Below, in pieces: positions 13,028 through 25,189 of a stretch of 62,723 nt of DNA (position 1 is the stretch's first letter; every line of letters begins with the position of its first letter). The DNA lies in NCBI GenBank assembly GCA_008632985.1, contig QPGO01000188.1:62001-124723 (forward strand). The letters run 5' to 3'. The position numbers and the translations under genes are program-made. A model generated the notes under the pieces. It saw only the letters and a list, made by a program, of their open reading frames with translations, did no database searches and was not told where the DNA came from. This DNA comes from Psammoneis japonica (lineage: Eukaryota).

Positions 13028-13653
13028 ATAGTCCAATGCAATAGATCCCAACCCATACAAAGACAGACGACTTGATAGAGAGCTAGATCCCCCATCGGTT
13101 GATTGTCAAGCATCCTACTCTATGTGGCAAGTAGTGTCTAGCGAGACACGAGTGAAGCTGCCATATGTAGTCACAAGCACTGCTATTCTGACAGTCAACC
13201 CGAAGTCGCCATGAGAGACAACTGGATTCAACATCGGTTGGTCAAGCATTCTGGTTGTATGAAACAAGAAACTGAGGTAAACACTACCTCCCGCAGTGGA
13301 GATCAAGAATCGTTCGTTGCCGCACCAAAGAAGGCAGGGTTCGGATGACTCTATTTACCCTTCTTGGGCTCGTAGCATTGTGAGATTAGAATTCAAACTA
13401 TCTGTCGGGAATATGAGAGCTTACAGAAGCTCTACGAATAGATTTGATGCAAAGTCTGAAGGTTAAGTCACTCGCTTTCAGATCTCCATATACGGTGCGG
13501 AATTAGATTGGCTCTCTCCCTCTCCCCCTCTAGTTTAGCTTACATTTGCTGTTGGCCAGTTTTGTTTTAAAATGAATTTATAGATAGACACGCGCAAAAG
13601 AATTCAAAACGCAGAGTGTATTTTCTTTTCTCATTTTCAGTTTTCCTTTCTAT

Positions 13654-14696
13654 CTAGTCCCACTGCCGGGGATTCACGCGAATCGTCATTTCCCCTTCTT
13701 GCATTCCGAATCCCACAATGGCTTTGCACGCAAGTCGCCATCGCGGACTATCAGCCAGCATTTGTTGTTCGGCTACTCGCTGCGGGTTGAGGAGTTCTCC
13801 TCCCGAATAATGGAAACAGCACAAGTCCGACAAAGCCCTCCAGCTCCGCAATTGCCACCGTTCTTGGTGTCGAAACGTTTCGCGAGCTCATCATTGAGTT
13901 TGACTCCTCGAATCAACATTCCCTGTCGCAGGTTCTCCCCAGCAAACATTTCAATCGTTGCATCTGGTTCGTTCTGACTAGGAGGGTACTGTAACTTAAC
14001 AGAAACCTTGGGTTTGCGGCGAATTCTTCTCAGCTTGATCCTGAAAGTATCCTTGTGCGATGTGGAAGGAGGCGGTAGACTCATAATGGCCTCTACCGTT
14101 GCGTCGTAACAAAGACATTCTGTCTTTGCAACAAATTCCTGCTGGGTTTCAACAAGCATGGCCTTTCCCTCCTGATTCTCCTGCATTTGATCGGTTCTGA
14201 CAATAGCAACTTCGGCTATCGAATCGCCTGGGAGTATATCGGTTCCGCTAGCCATTCCTTCCTCCAACAAACCTGTAACTAGAGTGATACCCATTCCATC
14301 TGGTCTTCCTTCCACAAGATCTTCTAGTTGAATACCCAAGCCGCTTGCCGACTCATCACGTGCAAAGACAACCGTTACAGTATCGACAAAGAGTTCTTCG
14401 TCGGATCGTACTCCTAGCTTTGCGATTGCTTCCTTTTCTGCTGCCTTTTGTACCAAATTTGCGGTCCATTCGTTTTGGATTTGCTTCAGAGGCAAATTAT
14501 ATTGATCAAGGTCTACAGAGGCTGGTCCCGCGCCTTGCAGTATCTGGGTGGCGACATTCTTTGCCGTTTGACCAAAGGGAGACGGGGATGAAAGACTGTA
14601 GCATGATTTGGTATTCGCGAGGCAGAACAGAATGAGAACAAAAACAGCAAACTGATACAGGCATGGTCCCATCATGACTCGCTGACTCCTCTTCAT
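13654..14696 (-). CDS. PDZ-like plus 2Fe-2S ferredoxin domain protein, probably plastid-targeted; 1-nt frameshift near 13803
   Basis: GLGIQLE...ILPGDSI (PDZ-like); NCGAGGLCRTC and WRLACK (2Fe-2S ligands). The two ORFs join if one G is added to CGGGA. Confidence 0.75.
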
Positions 14697-15138
14697 CTCC
14701 ACAGCTTCACAAGTTGTGCTTCCGTCTTTCAAAGGCGGCACAACAGCATATGCTGGTTCGACGATGCGGCTAGAGTATGTTGAGCTTGAACTTTATTAAA
14801 TGTTCGCAACCTTCAGCTATCAACTTTGGAAACTTGAACCTATATGCTTCTCTCTTCTTCACTCCCGCCAAAAAAAAAGAAAACACCCCGTTCCTGCGCG
14901 TTTCATCATTTGCGCGATCTCGCGCGATCAGGCGATGACGTCAGTTGTTTTTTAGTCGGAGTATTCGTTGTAGTCACGTCTCACACTTTTGGCGCCATCA
15001 TGCTTCATGCTACAGTATGCCATCATTCGTCAAAAACATGTCAGAGTAAAAAGTAGCCGTTGACACAGAGCTTATTCTACATCAACACATGCCTCACAAA
15101 GAACTACAAACAGTACAATCAGTAGAGGAGGTTAAAAT

Positions 15139-16290
15139 ATGAAAGGCTCTACGCTTGTCTCTGAAGTGGCAGCAATGATGTTGTTGATCACCGCGGTGAA
15201 CGCATTTGGTCCTGGTCTGACGATCTTGCAAGGTCGTCAAAGTACAGTGCAGCAAACATCACGACAAAGAATGCAATTGAGCATGTCTGACGCATCGTAC
15301 CCTTTGACCTACGTACCTCCAAATCGGAATGGACGACCTATTTCGAGGTTTCTTGAGACACCTCCCAAGTTTCTAGCGGCACCTACTAGTGGAACCCACA
15401 GCAGAGGATTTCTCGAAGAGAGACCGCAAATGTCAAGAAGAGCCTTTTCATTTTTGGATGCAATTGGACAAGACGAAGACTACAACGATGAATGCCTCCA
15501 GTATTTACCTTACGGTACAGATGAGAACGACGACGACATACCACAGCTTACGCGTGACATGCTTGTACATATCACGGCCCAGTATGCGAATCGAGGTGCG
15601 GGACCAGATCATGACATTGTGAAGGAGTTGCTGGAAGTGATTAATGAAGAGTACAAGTGTGTACGAGTGCCGGTACAGTTAGGCGAACTACTGGTTCACG
15701 ATGAAGATCTCGTAAAGATATTGTCGTTTGCGGCATTGTGGCGATTGCCGAAGGAAATTACGAGCATGATGATGCGTGAACGGAAAGTAGGGTCGCCTTC
15801 TTGGGACACGTGCCGAAGCGTTTTTGATCAGGATGGGTGGAACAAAGTTTCATTCCCTGAAGGACTTGCAATTGGTCTACCAAGGAGACACATTCGAAGC
15901 TCATCGACGCGAAAGACGCAGCCATATGCCCCTACCTCTTGGCGTTTGACTCGACGAAAATCAAGGGCTCGGGAATACGCTTCAGTTGCTGTAAAGGAAG
16001 CTGCGGCTGTTATACCACCTCCTAGAAAGCCAACTCGAGAAGAGTTTTTGATATTTATGCAACAGGAACTAGCGAAAGGCAGTAGACTTGGTTCGCTACG
16101 AGAGGCTGGCCCAATGTCTCTGTTCTATTTTCCAAGACGCAAATTCAGCTGGAATCAACTACGAGTATCAGCTCCCAGGAGCTTTGGCTTTTTGATTCAA
16201 ACGTCCATCAAAATAGTATTCAAGATTGCCACAGAGGTTCTCACGCGTTGTCTTGCAGGGCTAAGGAGGATAGTCTTCCGTATGATGTAG
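15139..16290 (+). CDS. Plastid-targeted protein with a divergent HopJ-like domain
   Basis: Signal peptide ending VNA-FGP; KILSFAALWRLPKE and FDQDGWNKVSFPEGL resemble the HopJ-family KxxSFA.L..L and F...GW..i.F motifs; normal composition. Confidence 0.55.
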   Translation: MKGSTLVSEVAAMMLLITAVNAFGPGLTILQGRQSTVQQTSRQRMQLSMSDASYPLTYVPPNRNGRPISRFLETPPKFLAAPTSGTHSRGFLEERPQMSRRAFSFLDAIGQDEDYNDECLQYLPYGTDENDDDIPQLTRDMLVHITAQYANRGAGPDHDIVKELLEVINEEYKCVRVPVQLGELLVHDEDLVKILSFAALWRLPKEITSMMMRERKVGSPSWDTCRSVFDQDGWNKVSFPEGLAIGLPRRHIRSSSTRKTQPYAPTSWRLTRRKSRAREYASVAVKEAAAVIPPPRKPTREEFLIFMQQELAKGSRLGSLREAGPMSLFYFPRRKFSWNQLRVSAPRSFGFLIQTSIKIVFKIATEVLTRCLAGLRRIVFRMM

Positions 16291-16502
16291 CTGGGCTCGT
16301 CGAATTTGCCTCTTCACATCTACGACCCGGAGCACCACCCCCTTCCTAAAGATAAAGATACACTGCTGCAAATGAAGATTATAAAGGTGATGAGGAATAC
16401 AGTGCTCGATTTTTATTCATGAACCGGGAGAACGGCTTTGCTACGAAGCCTTTGTCTATATTTGCTGTAACCACAGCGTCCGATCAATTTTTGCGACTGT
16501 TA

Positions 16503-16892
16503 TAGTTTGGCTTGTTAAAAATCCAGAAAGTAGCATACCATACAGTATCCTAAACAATGATAGCATCTCCTTGGAGAGAGATTTATTTTGAGTTCAGTGA
16601 AAAACACATTGGTGTCGAGCAATTTCTATACGAAAACAGAACGAATTGAAATTCGTGAAGCCTAGGTGAACAACCGTCCGAAGCCTTTGCCGAGACGCGC
16701 TGTGGCCACAATGCAGTTTGGGTTGTTACTAGTCCAGAAAGCAGCATACCATATCCTATCCTAGACAATGATAGCACTTCTCTAGACAATAAAAGCCTCG
16801 CTCGCAATGAAAAACAATACAATTATCTTTCGTATCAAGCAATATCTATATGAATACTCAATGAATTGGATTCGTGAAGTCAATCAAGCCTA
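16503..16892. repeat. Short intergenic tandem duplication (period ~212 bp)
   Basis: TCCAGAAAG[TC]AGCATACCATA...ATCCTA[AG]ACAATGATAGCA...AGCAAT[TA]TCTATA...GAATTG.ATTCGTGAAG occurs twice. Confidence 0.8.
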
Positions 16893-16958
16893 GCAATCGT
16901 ATTTTCCAGCGAATGTTGGTATAATTGATGGCAAGGACTGCCAAGGACAGAAATCAAT

Positions 16959-17477
16959 CTAACAGAAATGAGGAAAGCGTACAATCGCGCGTATCAAGCT
17001 GCCGAGTGCATCATGAGGAGCTCCAATCTCAACTGGAGCCAAAGCATTCTCAATGTCGGATTGCGGAGTAGCCGTCGCCTCTAGCATCACCGGCTTTGTC
17101 TCTTCAGCCACAATGGAAACGTCAGGCTTGACATCCTCGACAACTTTCGATTTGGAAGCCTTGGAAACCGCCGCCGCCGTCCCCTGCTTCTTGGCCTTCG
17201 CCGCCTTAGCTTTTGCCTTGTTATGACGAGGGCAGCCCTTGCAGCACTTGATACACTGCTGGTTGGCGCACTTTTTGGCAGCTGCCTTTCCACAGCTGCA
17301 GAGCGATTGCTCTTTCAAAGTATCATCGAGCGCCTTGAGAGAATCCTTGACCGCTCGTGACTTCTTGTTTGCCTTGCGGTTGCGATTCGACTGAAGAGGC
17401 TGAAGAGCACGAGAGTGAGGATTCTTCATCGTATCACCCTGTTGAGCATGGATGCTGGTGTTTTCCTTCTTTGCCAT
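16959..17477 (-). CDS. Hypothetical Lys/Ala-rich protein with a Cys cluster (CSCG..A..KC..QQCIKCC.GC.RH), possible zinc finger
   Basis: Coding-like codon usage, ATG start, Cys/His cluster; the 3' end may be spliced. Confidence 0.6.
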   Translation of the reverse strand: MAKKENTSIHAQQGDTMKNPHSRALQPLQSNRNRKANKKSRAVKDSLKALDDTLKEQSLCSCGKAAAKKCANQQCIKCCKGCPRHNKAKAKAAKAKKQGTAAAVSKASKSKVVEDVKPDVSIVAEETKPVMLEATATPQSDIENALAPVEIGAPHDALGSLIRAIVRFPHFC

Positions 17478-17864
17478 TGCTGAAGGTGACGGGAGAGATA
17501 CGGAGGTAGCTCACTGTGAGAACAAAAGTTGCGAACAAAGAACAAAAAGTGAGCGCAAAAAGCCACGGTGACCGTTAGAATTCAGGTATATCAAAATTGA
17601 GAGAGTGTCATATAATAAGAATTGTATACAAATATGAAGCTTTCCAATAATTAGATATTTAAATTGTACATAGTAAACGAGCCGTTGAGGGGTATTGCAC
17701 ATGAAAAGTCGGCATCAAAACCTCCTTCCGACAAACTCAAAAACAAAACGCACCTCCATCCAACTTCGTTTCCCACATTACGACTACGAAACTTCATTAT
17801 TTTGAGGTGTCATTTCTCTTCTTCAGGAAAAATATAAAGCCATTGAACAAAAGACTTGAACGTG

Positions 17865-18988
17865 ATGGGAAACGCGGTGTTGACGGACAATCCAGTCTCT
17901 GATAAGGTCACAGAGCGCGGCGAGGAGACTGAGCAGAAACTTCTCTATGCTGCCTCCGGGATGAAAGGATGGCGGCAGTCGATGGAAGATTCACACACAA
18001 TCTGTCTGCAGATTGTTGTGAACGGCAGGGCCTTACTAGGGCACAGCTTACTTGGTGTTTACGATGGTCACGGTGGAAGCTTCACCTCCAAATTTTGTGG
18101 CGAGAATTTTGTTCGCGTGCTGTCGGAAACTGAAAATATGAAGGCGTATTCGAGACTTGCTGAGACTGGGAATGAAAGTAGGTCTGATGCCAATGGAATT
18201 GAGTTGCTCCACAATGCCCTAGAAGAGTCTTTTCGCATTGTTGATGACGAACTTCGTCAAGAACAAACGAAAAGAAATCGAGACTTTTCAGATGCCGTTG
18301 AGTCAACTGAAATGCAGATTGAACGATCAGGAGCTACCTGTTGCGTGGTTCTCTTAACCCCTTCCCACATACTTTGCGCAAATGCAGGAGATTCGAGAGC
18401 TATACTTCAGCGTAGTGGGCATGTACTGCCTCTTAGCTTTGACCATAAACCTATCGACATTCCAGAACAAGAACGAATCGCGGACGCTGACGGTTTCGTG
18501 AGCAACAAGCGAGTAAATGGAGATCTAGCTGTTAGCCGGGCATTAGGCGACTTTGGCTTCAAGAGTAATGCATCACTACCATATGATCAACAACCAGTAA
18601 TATGCGTACCCGAAATCGTTGTTTGCCCTCGCAAAAAGGATGGGGATGAATTGTCGTCCTTGCATGCGACGGTGTGTGGGACGTGCTAGACAACCAAGGT
18701 TGCGGAAAGATAGTACAAACCATGTTCGATGAAGGAGAAAGTGATATCGGACTAGTCTGTGAAGAGGTACTGGACACGTGCTTAGAAAAGAAAAGTAGAG
18801 ACAACATGACCATTGTTATGATGTGTTTCGAAGCTGCCTCAATTGAGAAGAACCGGCTTCTTCAGAAGAACGTGGTCCTGAGTCGGAGGGCGTCACGGTC
18901 AGATACGACCATTACGGATGATACCGTTTTCAACAGTGCCACACAGGACGCGTTTGGCAAAGTGGCTAGTGGCATTGTGTGTTTCTAG
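17865..18988 (+). CDS. Protein phosphatase 2C (PPM family), N-myristoylation-type MGN start; 1-nt frameshift near 18651
   Basis: MKGWRQSMED, GVYDGHGG, ANAGDSR, DHKP, LAVSRALGD, (F)VVLACDGVWD across the frameshift, SRDNMT. Confidence 0.92.
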
Positions 18989-19154
18989 CGCTGTCGACGC
19001 AGACATGCACGTTTCGTATGCGTGTACTGTGCAGACTAATCTTTATTGTAATTATTTTGAAAATCAACAGCGCCATTACGGTGTTATACAAAATTTCGTC
19101 GGTCGCGATCTGTGTGAATGGACAAAAGTACACAAACATGAATGGGAAGAACAA

Positions 19155-21144
19155 CTAGGAAGCATGCCAGGAATTATTCAGTGCGTCTCCTGAACTGTTG
19201 CGGCGAGTAATCTTTCGTGTATTGTTCATCCTTCCAGACTTCCATTCTTTAAAGATATTGTTGCCATGAATTGAGGAGGGCTTCTTGCCAGATTCGTTAG
19301 AATAGATTGAATCGTCATCGGTGATTGCAGTAGCACTAAGTTTTGTTCCGGCAACACTCGCATTCCGCCTTAGTCTACCGCCGTCGCTAATTACCGCCGA
19401 AGGACCTTTATCTCGGGGAGTGAACTGTTTCAACAAGGCAACGTGATACGCGAAGGTCTCGTAGCTGCTGGAATTTGGCAATTGGCGGATCAAATCCAGA
19501 CTGCAGAGGAAATGGAGTATAAAAAGTTAGATATGGTGAAATTTTGCACACACGATATTAAACCGAAACGGGTGGTTCAACCCACGACTTACGCCTCAGT
19601 ATGCCCATCTTCCTCCAACAATCTCTTAAGCTCACTAATTGGAATGACTCCGAGCTTGCTGGTCTTGGATGTGGTAGCAACACCGCCATTGGGCGTTGGC
19701 GAGACTTCGGTTCCTTCTTCATCGGTAGTCATATGCTGCTTGACTCTCTTCAAGAATGCGGTAAACTCCTGCTTGCTCAATAACGTAGCCAATAAAGTTG
19801 TGACACTGCGTTCAAACTTTTGATATCCCAAAAACAAAGCATGCCTATGGACGCTGCCTGTAATCTTGATACTCTGAGTCCGATTGACTTTCCTTGAGAA
19901 GCTAGTGCTACCATTAGCATCCTCTTCACCCTTGGCAGCTTCGGCAGCAATGTCTTCCACACTCAATGGTGTACCATCATTGTCCTTGAAGGTTTTATGA
20001 AAATTCACAAACTCATCCTCGGCCAGCACCTTCCCAGCAGACGGTCTAGACTTGTGACGATACACCAATAGCTTGTCCAGTAATTCAGGAAAGAATCAGG
20101 CATGTCGGTCGGCAAATTGGGAGTTTTCGAAGGTCCCGTCCCTTCCCCTTTTGTATCATGTTGAATGCCTTTTGAAGCTGCTCTGCAGGATAACCAGCCA
20201 CCAAGACGTAGAGCGTGACGCCACAGCTCCAAACGTCCGTTTTAGAAGTGTACGTCTTTTGAAACATTTCCGGCGAAATGTAAAAGGCCGATCCAGCAAA
20301 CGTTGTGTGTTGCGACAACTCCTTTGGATCAGCTGGAGTTTCAGAGTCGATGCAGCCCGAGCCAAAGTCGATAAGACGCAATTCCGCTCCGGGCTTCACC
20401 GACTTGAACCTGGTTGACAGTAACACAAGAGAAAGAGTTAGTTTGGATCACGGGATGACCATCGGCTCATCACTTTGAAAGGACGAGCTTATACCCCACT
20501 TCTACAGTAACTTACATCAAATTCTCCGGCTTGATGTCTCTGTGTCTGAACGAAACGAAAAGAACGAAAAAGGGGCAATGGAAAGGTTGAGCGAGTCTTG
20601 TTTGTGACGGATGCCTATGGATCAGCCTTGCAGAAGGCTTTCCAAGATGCAGCTGCAGAACAAGGGCTACTCACATAATGTTGTGCTTGGCACAATGATT
20701 CACAGCATCAAGCAACTGAAAGGCAATGCGCGACACATCTTCTGTTCGGAGTTCAGACTCCTGCTTGGAAACGTATTCCATCATCTCGCCGCCTTCACAC
20801 AATTCTGTAACCATGAGAATCTGCTTGGGCGTTTCATAAACACCCAACAGTTTCAAACAATAGTGCGCTCCATTGAGCGTCCTGAGAATCTCGCATTCCT
20901 GCTGCAAGACTTTCGAATCAATAGGGGCCATGAGAGTATTATCCTTAAACTGGACTCCCTTGCGTAAAACCTTACACGCCCTCATGTCGTTGGAGTTATC
21001 AGGCGCACGCATATCATGTACCAGTTTGACCTGACCAAACTGGCCTTCGCCCAACACCTTGTCTTCGAGGTAGCGCGAATGGAATCCTTCCTCATCGCCA
21101 TCTGTATTCTCCAAAAGCTGTGGCTTGGAACTACCGCAGCCCAT
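19155..21144 (-). CDS. CaMK/CDPK-like Ser/Thr protein kinase with MGCGSS acylation motif; multi-exon (21144-20675, 20545-20516, 20409-...), frameshift near 20080-20100
   Basis: LGEGQFGQV, ACKVL, spliced HRDIKPEN, IDFGSG, YISPE, DVWSCGV; GT-AG introns keep the frame. Confidence 0.9.
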
Positions 21145-21689
21145 GTTTATAACTGTTTCAACAAAGTTCTGGAAAAAAGAATACGCACGAGTTGCGACTC
21201 CCTGGCGTGGTGTTGCAGCAAGCAGTAGTTGACGTTTTTCACGCTGTGGAGTTGATATGGTGAAAGGTTGTTAGTGCTCTGGGCTGTGCCTCTTCGTCGC
21301 ACCTCACGCTTGCTGTCTTCGACCTTTTTATTAATAGAGCAGAAGAAACAGTGAGCAAGAGCAACGACCAGATGCCGGGGAATGGCTATGAAAGGAAGGT
21401 GTAACCTGGTCCTTAGCCGTGTGCCGTGCGCTGACCAGAAGGCGCGGCATTTTGAGCCATCAGTATAAAAACACGTAGCTTCTACGTATGATGGGGATGA
21501 CGTGGCGCGGGCTTATTATTGTTCTACAACCCGCTCCGAAAAACACTACTGCTTATGTGTCTTTTTTACATGGGGCCCTACTAGATTTTTTTAGCTGTCC
21601 ACCTCGGCCGCCAATCTCGATCTTTGTCAGAGCTCGAAAGGGCAAATGGAATCCTGCATTTTTCATTCGACGCCCAACGACGCCACCAT

Positions 21690-22915
21690 GACATTCAGCG
21701 CCCACGACAGCTCAATTTTTGTCACCTTGTGGTGACAAGAAGAACCTTTGTAGAGCGGGAGCACAATGTGCGCGATTGTGAGGTTGTTGTCTTGGCGCGC
21801 GTGGAAACACTTGTGATCAACTTGTGTTTGATTTTAGACACTGCAAAACCGTGCCGCAGATTTGCAAACAGCGGCAATGGCGGCCACATCATCACAGGAA
21901 AAGGGACAAATGAACACTTTTCCATTGAATCCACCACATTTGTTTTGGTCACAGAGGGTTCTGTCATCGTGTCAGCCACAACTCCAGACGCCTTGCGGCC
22001 TGCATTTGTGACGACACGACAAAAGTGCAATTTTTTGTGTGACGAACAATGCAGCGCACTCTGAACATGAGTTGCCACAATTCATCTTGTCATTGTGCTG
22101 CAGATCATTGCTCAATCAGCATCATCAACTGCACTGAGTGGTGCAATGATCGCCACAAAGGGGCTCCAAAGTGTCGCTGCATGTCATGCCCACTTTCATT
22201 GTTGAGATCCCTTCTTGTTTGTGTCATGAGACATAAAATCTGGCAGACGTGCCCTCACATCTTCTAGATTTTTGTAAAAAAGACACAAATCCATGTGTGC
22301 TCATGACCCAACAATTTCATGTCTTGTTGACACAAATCCGCGCTTTTTGTGTTTTCCTGAGTGACCCACTGCACCAGCTGGCAGCTTCCAGCAGAGAGCA
22401 CTGCACGACTGTTTGTGACGGACTGCAAAAACTTGCATGATCTGAGATGAGGCAGCCGGTGGCTGCCTGGTTGGTGGTGGTTGCCAGTTGCTTGCTGGGG
22501 TTGGATGCCTTGTCCATCGAACCTTTGTCGCTGCCAGCACAACTGAGTGTTCATGCCGATGGATCAGCTGCTCCGGCGACACTTTGTTTGCATCCAGAGT
22601 GCCCCGCTGTATCGGCTGCTGCTTGGTGGCTGCTGGTTGCAGTTGCCGGTTGCTGGTTGCCGGTTGGTGGTTGGTGGTTGGTGGTTGATGGTTGGTGGTT
22701 GCCGGTTGCTGGTTGCTGGTTGTGGTTGCCGGTTGCCAGCTGCTGGTTGCCGGTTGCCGGTTGGTGGTTGGTGGTTGCTGGTTGCTGGTTGCCGGTTGCC
22801 GGTTGGCGGTTGCCGGTTGCCGGTTGCGGTTGCTGGTTGCTGGTTGCCGGTTGCCGGTTGCCGGTTGCTGGTTGAGTCACGAGTGGGCTTGACTCACCAC
22901 TTCACACTCGATCGA
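21690..22915. other. Small TpA-depleted island B (TE relic plus minisatellite)
   Basis: Near-absence of TA between two normal genes; Tyr-poor, Cys/His-rich spurious ORFs. Confidence 0.8.
22620..22875. repeat. 7-bp minisatellite (CCGGTTG / CTGGTTG / GTGGTTG)n
   Basis: About 35 directly visible tandem heptamers. Confidence 0.95.
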
Positions 22916-23169
22916 CTTAGGGCTAGGGCCCTACGTGCGAATCATGCGACGGGCTGCCAAGCAGTGTCACACGTCAGCGCTGCCAACTCCCAACTTTCAG
23001 TCTGAAGTCCATTGACCAGCCTTATCCTCTCTACTGTAGCTATCTGAAACTTGCAAAGTTTGCTCGCTCTTGAATTAATACACTTTTTACTATGAACGAG
23101 ATGAGACAATCAGCCTCCGCACAAATAGTTTACTGTACTATGTAACATTGATGAGTTTCTAACGCTGGC

Positions 23170-24981
23170 TCAAATAATCGACACACCAACATTCTTGACA
23201 TCCTGTTCATCCAAAGCGCAGGTAGCTTTGGCCGATATCGCTGCACCCAGAAGCTTCCAGCGGCCGCATTCTTTCCAGGCGGCTGGGTTCCTGGCCAGTG
23301 CAGTGAGAATGGCCGTGCGGGGAATGAAAACCATGCTTGAATACGAGAGAAAGTGAATTTTGCTCTCTATACCAGGGCGATCGTCTTCCAAAAGAACATG
23401 TCCATCTCCAACGACGCCATCACACAAAATGGGAAGGGTTCCAGCCAACGGGCTCGATCGTATCGCTATGCCCTGCAGCTGAATGAGTATGCCTCTGCCG
23501 TAGTTTTCGACTCCATCCTCCATTCGAAATACTTCACCGCATGGAAATTCTAATTGTAGACACCGCCTCGCTACAAACGACTGATCATCTCTACTAAGAA
23601 AGCGAGACGACAGATACGGAACTCGTTCCATGTATTTTTGTACCACCAAGCGACTCGCGTGGCGCTGTAGCGAGGGAGAAAGCGAATTCATGACAGGAAA
23701 CAGGTCGTCAAGTGTGCTCACGTACTGGAAAGAGCTCATTGGTCTCTCGTTTTGTGTATAAATATATCGTCGAATTCCCTTGGCCACGTTCTTCCGTTCA
23801 ATCAAGTTGTCACCTGGAAGCTGCGTGTCGTCATCTCCACGGCGGCAAGATGAAAAGCGGCATAGCTTTCTCTTCCTTTCTTCAGGCTCAAAGAGAGATA
23901 TAAGATCATTGGCCTTGTCAATGCGATCTCGAAACTCTTCGTTTCTAGCCTCCATGGCTGTTACGACTCCTACAAGACCACCGATAATGTACGCCCAGAG
24001 TATTCCTGCCATGAGCTGAAGTATGGCACCCACCCACCACTCGGCTACTGTAAACGGCACAATGTTTCCGTAGCCGATGCTTGTAATTGTCTGAATTGCC
24101 CAAAACAAGGACAAGACATATCTATCCAGATCTTGATACCAACCAATTGGATTGAGAGGCCCAGGGTTGGCCTTTGCCCAATTTCCAATCCAATTGTCAT
24201 TTAGTATTAATTCCCCGCCAAAGCTTCCTTCAGCTTCGACAAAAGCCACGAAACTCCAAATACAAGCAAACCAGTGTGCCGCAACAACAATCAAAAACAC
24301 AAAGACCCATAATCGTATGGTGAATGCCTTGTGGCGTTCTCGAAATTCACGGACAAAATCCGACGTTGATAAGAGCCGTTTGGCACGTCCCAGACGAAGC
24401 AGTTTCAACATGTCAGACAATTTCAGGAGAACAATGTAGGAGTTTTGTTCTTCAGCGAAAAAGTTGAAATCACTCCTATCGGACTCCATTAGATTCCTCC
24501 CGTATATAAAGAATATGATCGTTGTCGGGAGGTTGGAGAGCAGATTTGGAATAAAAAGCGATCTCAAATACTTCCTTCGAATCGTTTTTGGATCAATCAT
24601 CATGCGACCTTTCTCGTCTCGGTACGCCCGGAAGAAATGAAGAAAGGTATCGATGAAGAAGCAAGTATTCATGCACACCGTTACAATGAACCACGATACG
24701 CTCAGCAGCAAGTGAACGCCGGCGCTAACTCCAAGTTGATAGGGAACCGTAAAGGCATAGATGAAAATCAGACAAAGCATCAGACCGTCCCACCGGCGTA
24801 TGTAGCGGTTGTCAGGGTAAATGATACGAGGACGCTTCACTTCAACTTTCTCTGTATCTTTTCCCGCCTCTTCGTCATTGTTCTGTTTGCTTTTCGCGCC
24901 GTTAAAGTGCCCGCTTTCCGCCATGGTGGTAGAGCGATGTTGGATGTTTTGAGATTCAGGTGAGAGTAGTCTTGGATGCAA
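23170..24981 (-). CDS. Voltage-gated/cyclic-nucleotide-binding-domain K+ channel (KCNH/HCN/Shaker-like)
   Basis: Six TM segments; S4 LKLLRLGRAKR; pore TITSIGYGNI; C-linker and degenerate CNBD. The start may be at 24924. Confidence 0.9.
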   Translation of the reverse strand: MHPRLLSPESQNIQHRSTTMAESGHFNGAKSKQNNDEEAGKDTEKVEVKRPRIIYPDNRYIRRWDGLMLCLIFIYAFTVPYQLGVSAGVHLLLSVSWFIVTVCMNTCFFIDTFLHFFRAYRDEKGRMMIDPKTIRRKYLRSLFIPNLLSNLPTTIIFFIYGRNLMESDRSDFNFFAEEQNSYIVLLKLSDMLKLLRLGRAKRLLSTSDFVREFRERHKAFTIRLWVFVFLIVVAAHWFACIWSFVAFVEAEGSFGGELILNDNWIGNWAKANPGPLNPIGWYQDLDRYVLSLFWAIQTITSIGYGNIVPFTVAEWWVGAILQLMAGILWAYIIGGLVGVVTAMEARNEEFRDRIDKANDLISLFEPEERKRKLCRFSSCRRGDDDTQLPGDNLIERKNVAKGIRRYIYTQNERPMSSFQYVSTLDDLFPVMNSLSPSLQRHASRLVVQKYMERVPYLSSRFLSRDDQSFVARRCLQLEFPCGEVFRMEDGVENYGRGILIQLQGIAIRSSPLAGTLPILCDGVVGDGHVLLEDDRPGIESKIHFLSYSSMVFIPRTAILTALARNPAAWKECGRWKLLGAAISAKATCALDEQDVKNVGVSII

Positions 24982-25189
24982 TTCTCGTGGTAGTAAACGT
25001 CGTAGAACCTACGGAATTTCGAAATTTTGCCAGTTTCTATTATTCCTCGGGTCTATATAAAGGTTTATATACATAATACACGGTACGAAACTTTTCGTAT
25101 GTACATGCTACATAGTATTCGTACCAACAGCCCATCTGCTCATTCTTCTCATTTTTTGTGGCGTGGTTGCGTTCCGTTGCTGGCGACCA

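Noticed and set aside
22620..22935. Telomeric repeat or Helitron end (heptamer array followed by TTAGGGCTAGGGCCCTA)
   Set aside because: The heptamer is not TTAGGG-like, there are only one or two telomere-like units at an internal position, and the hairpin-to-CTAG spacing is unconvincing.
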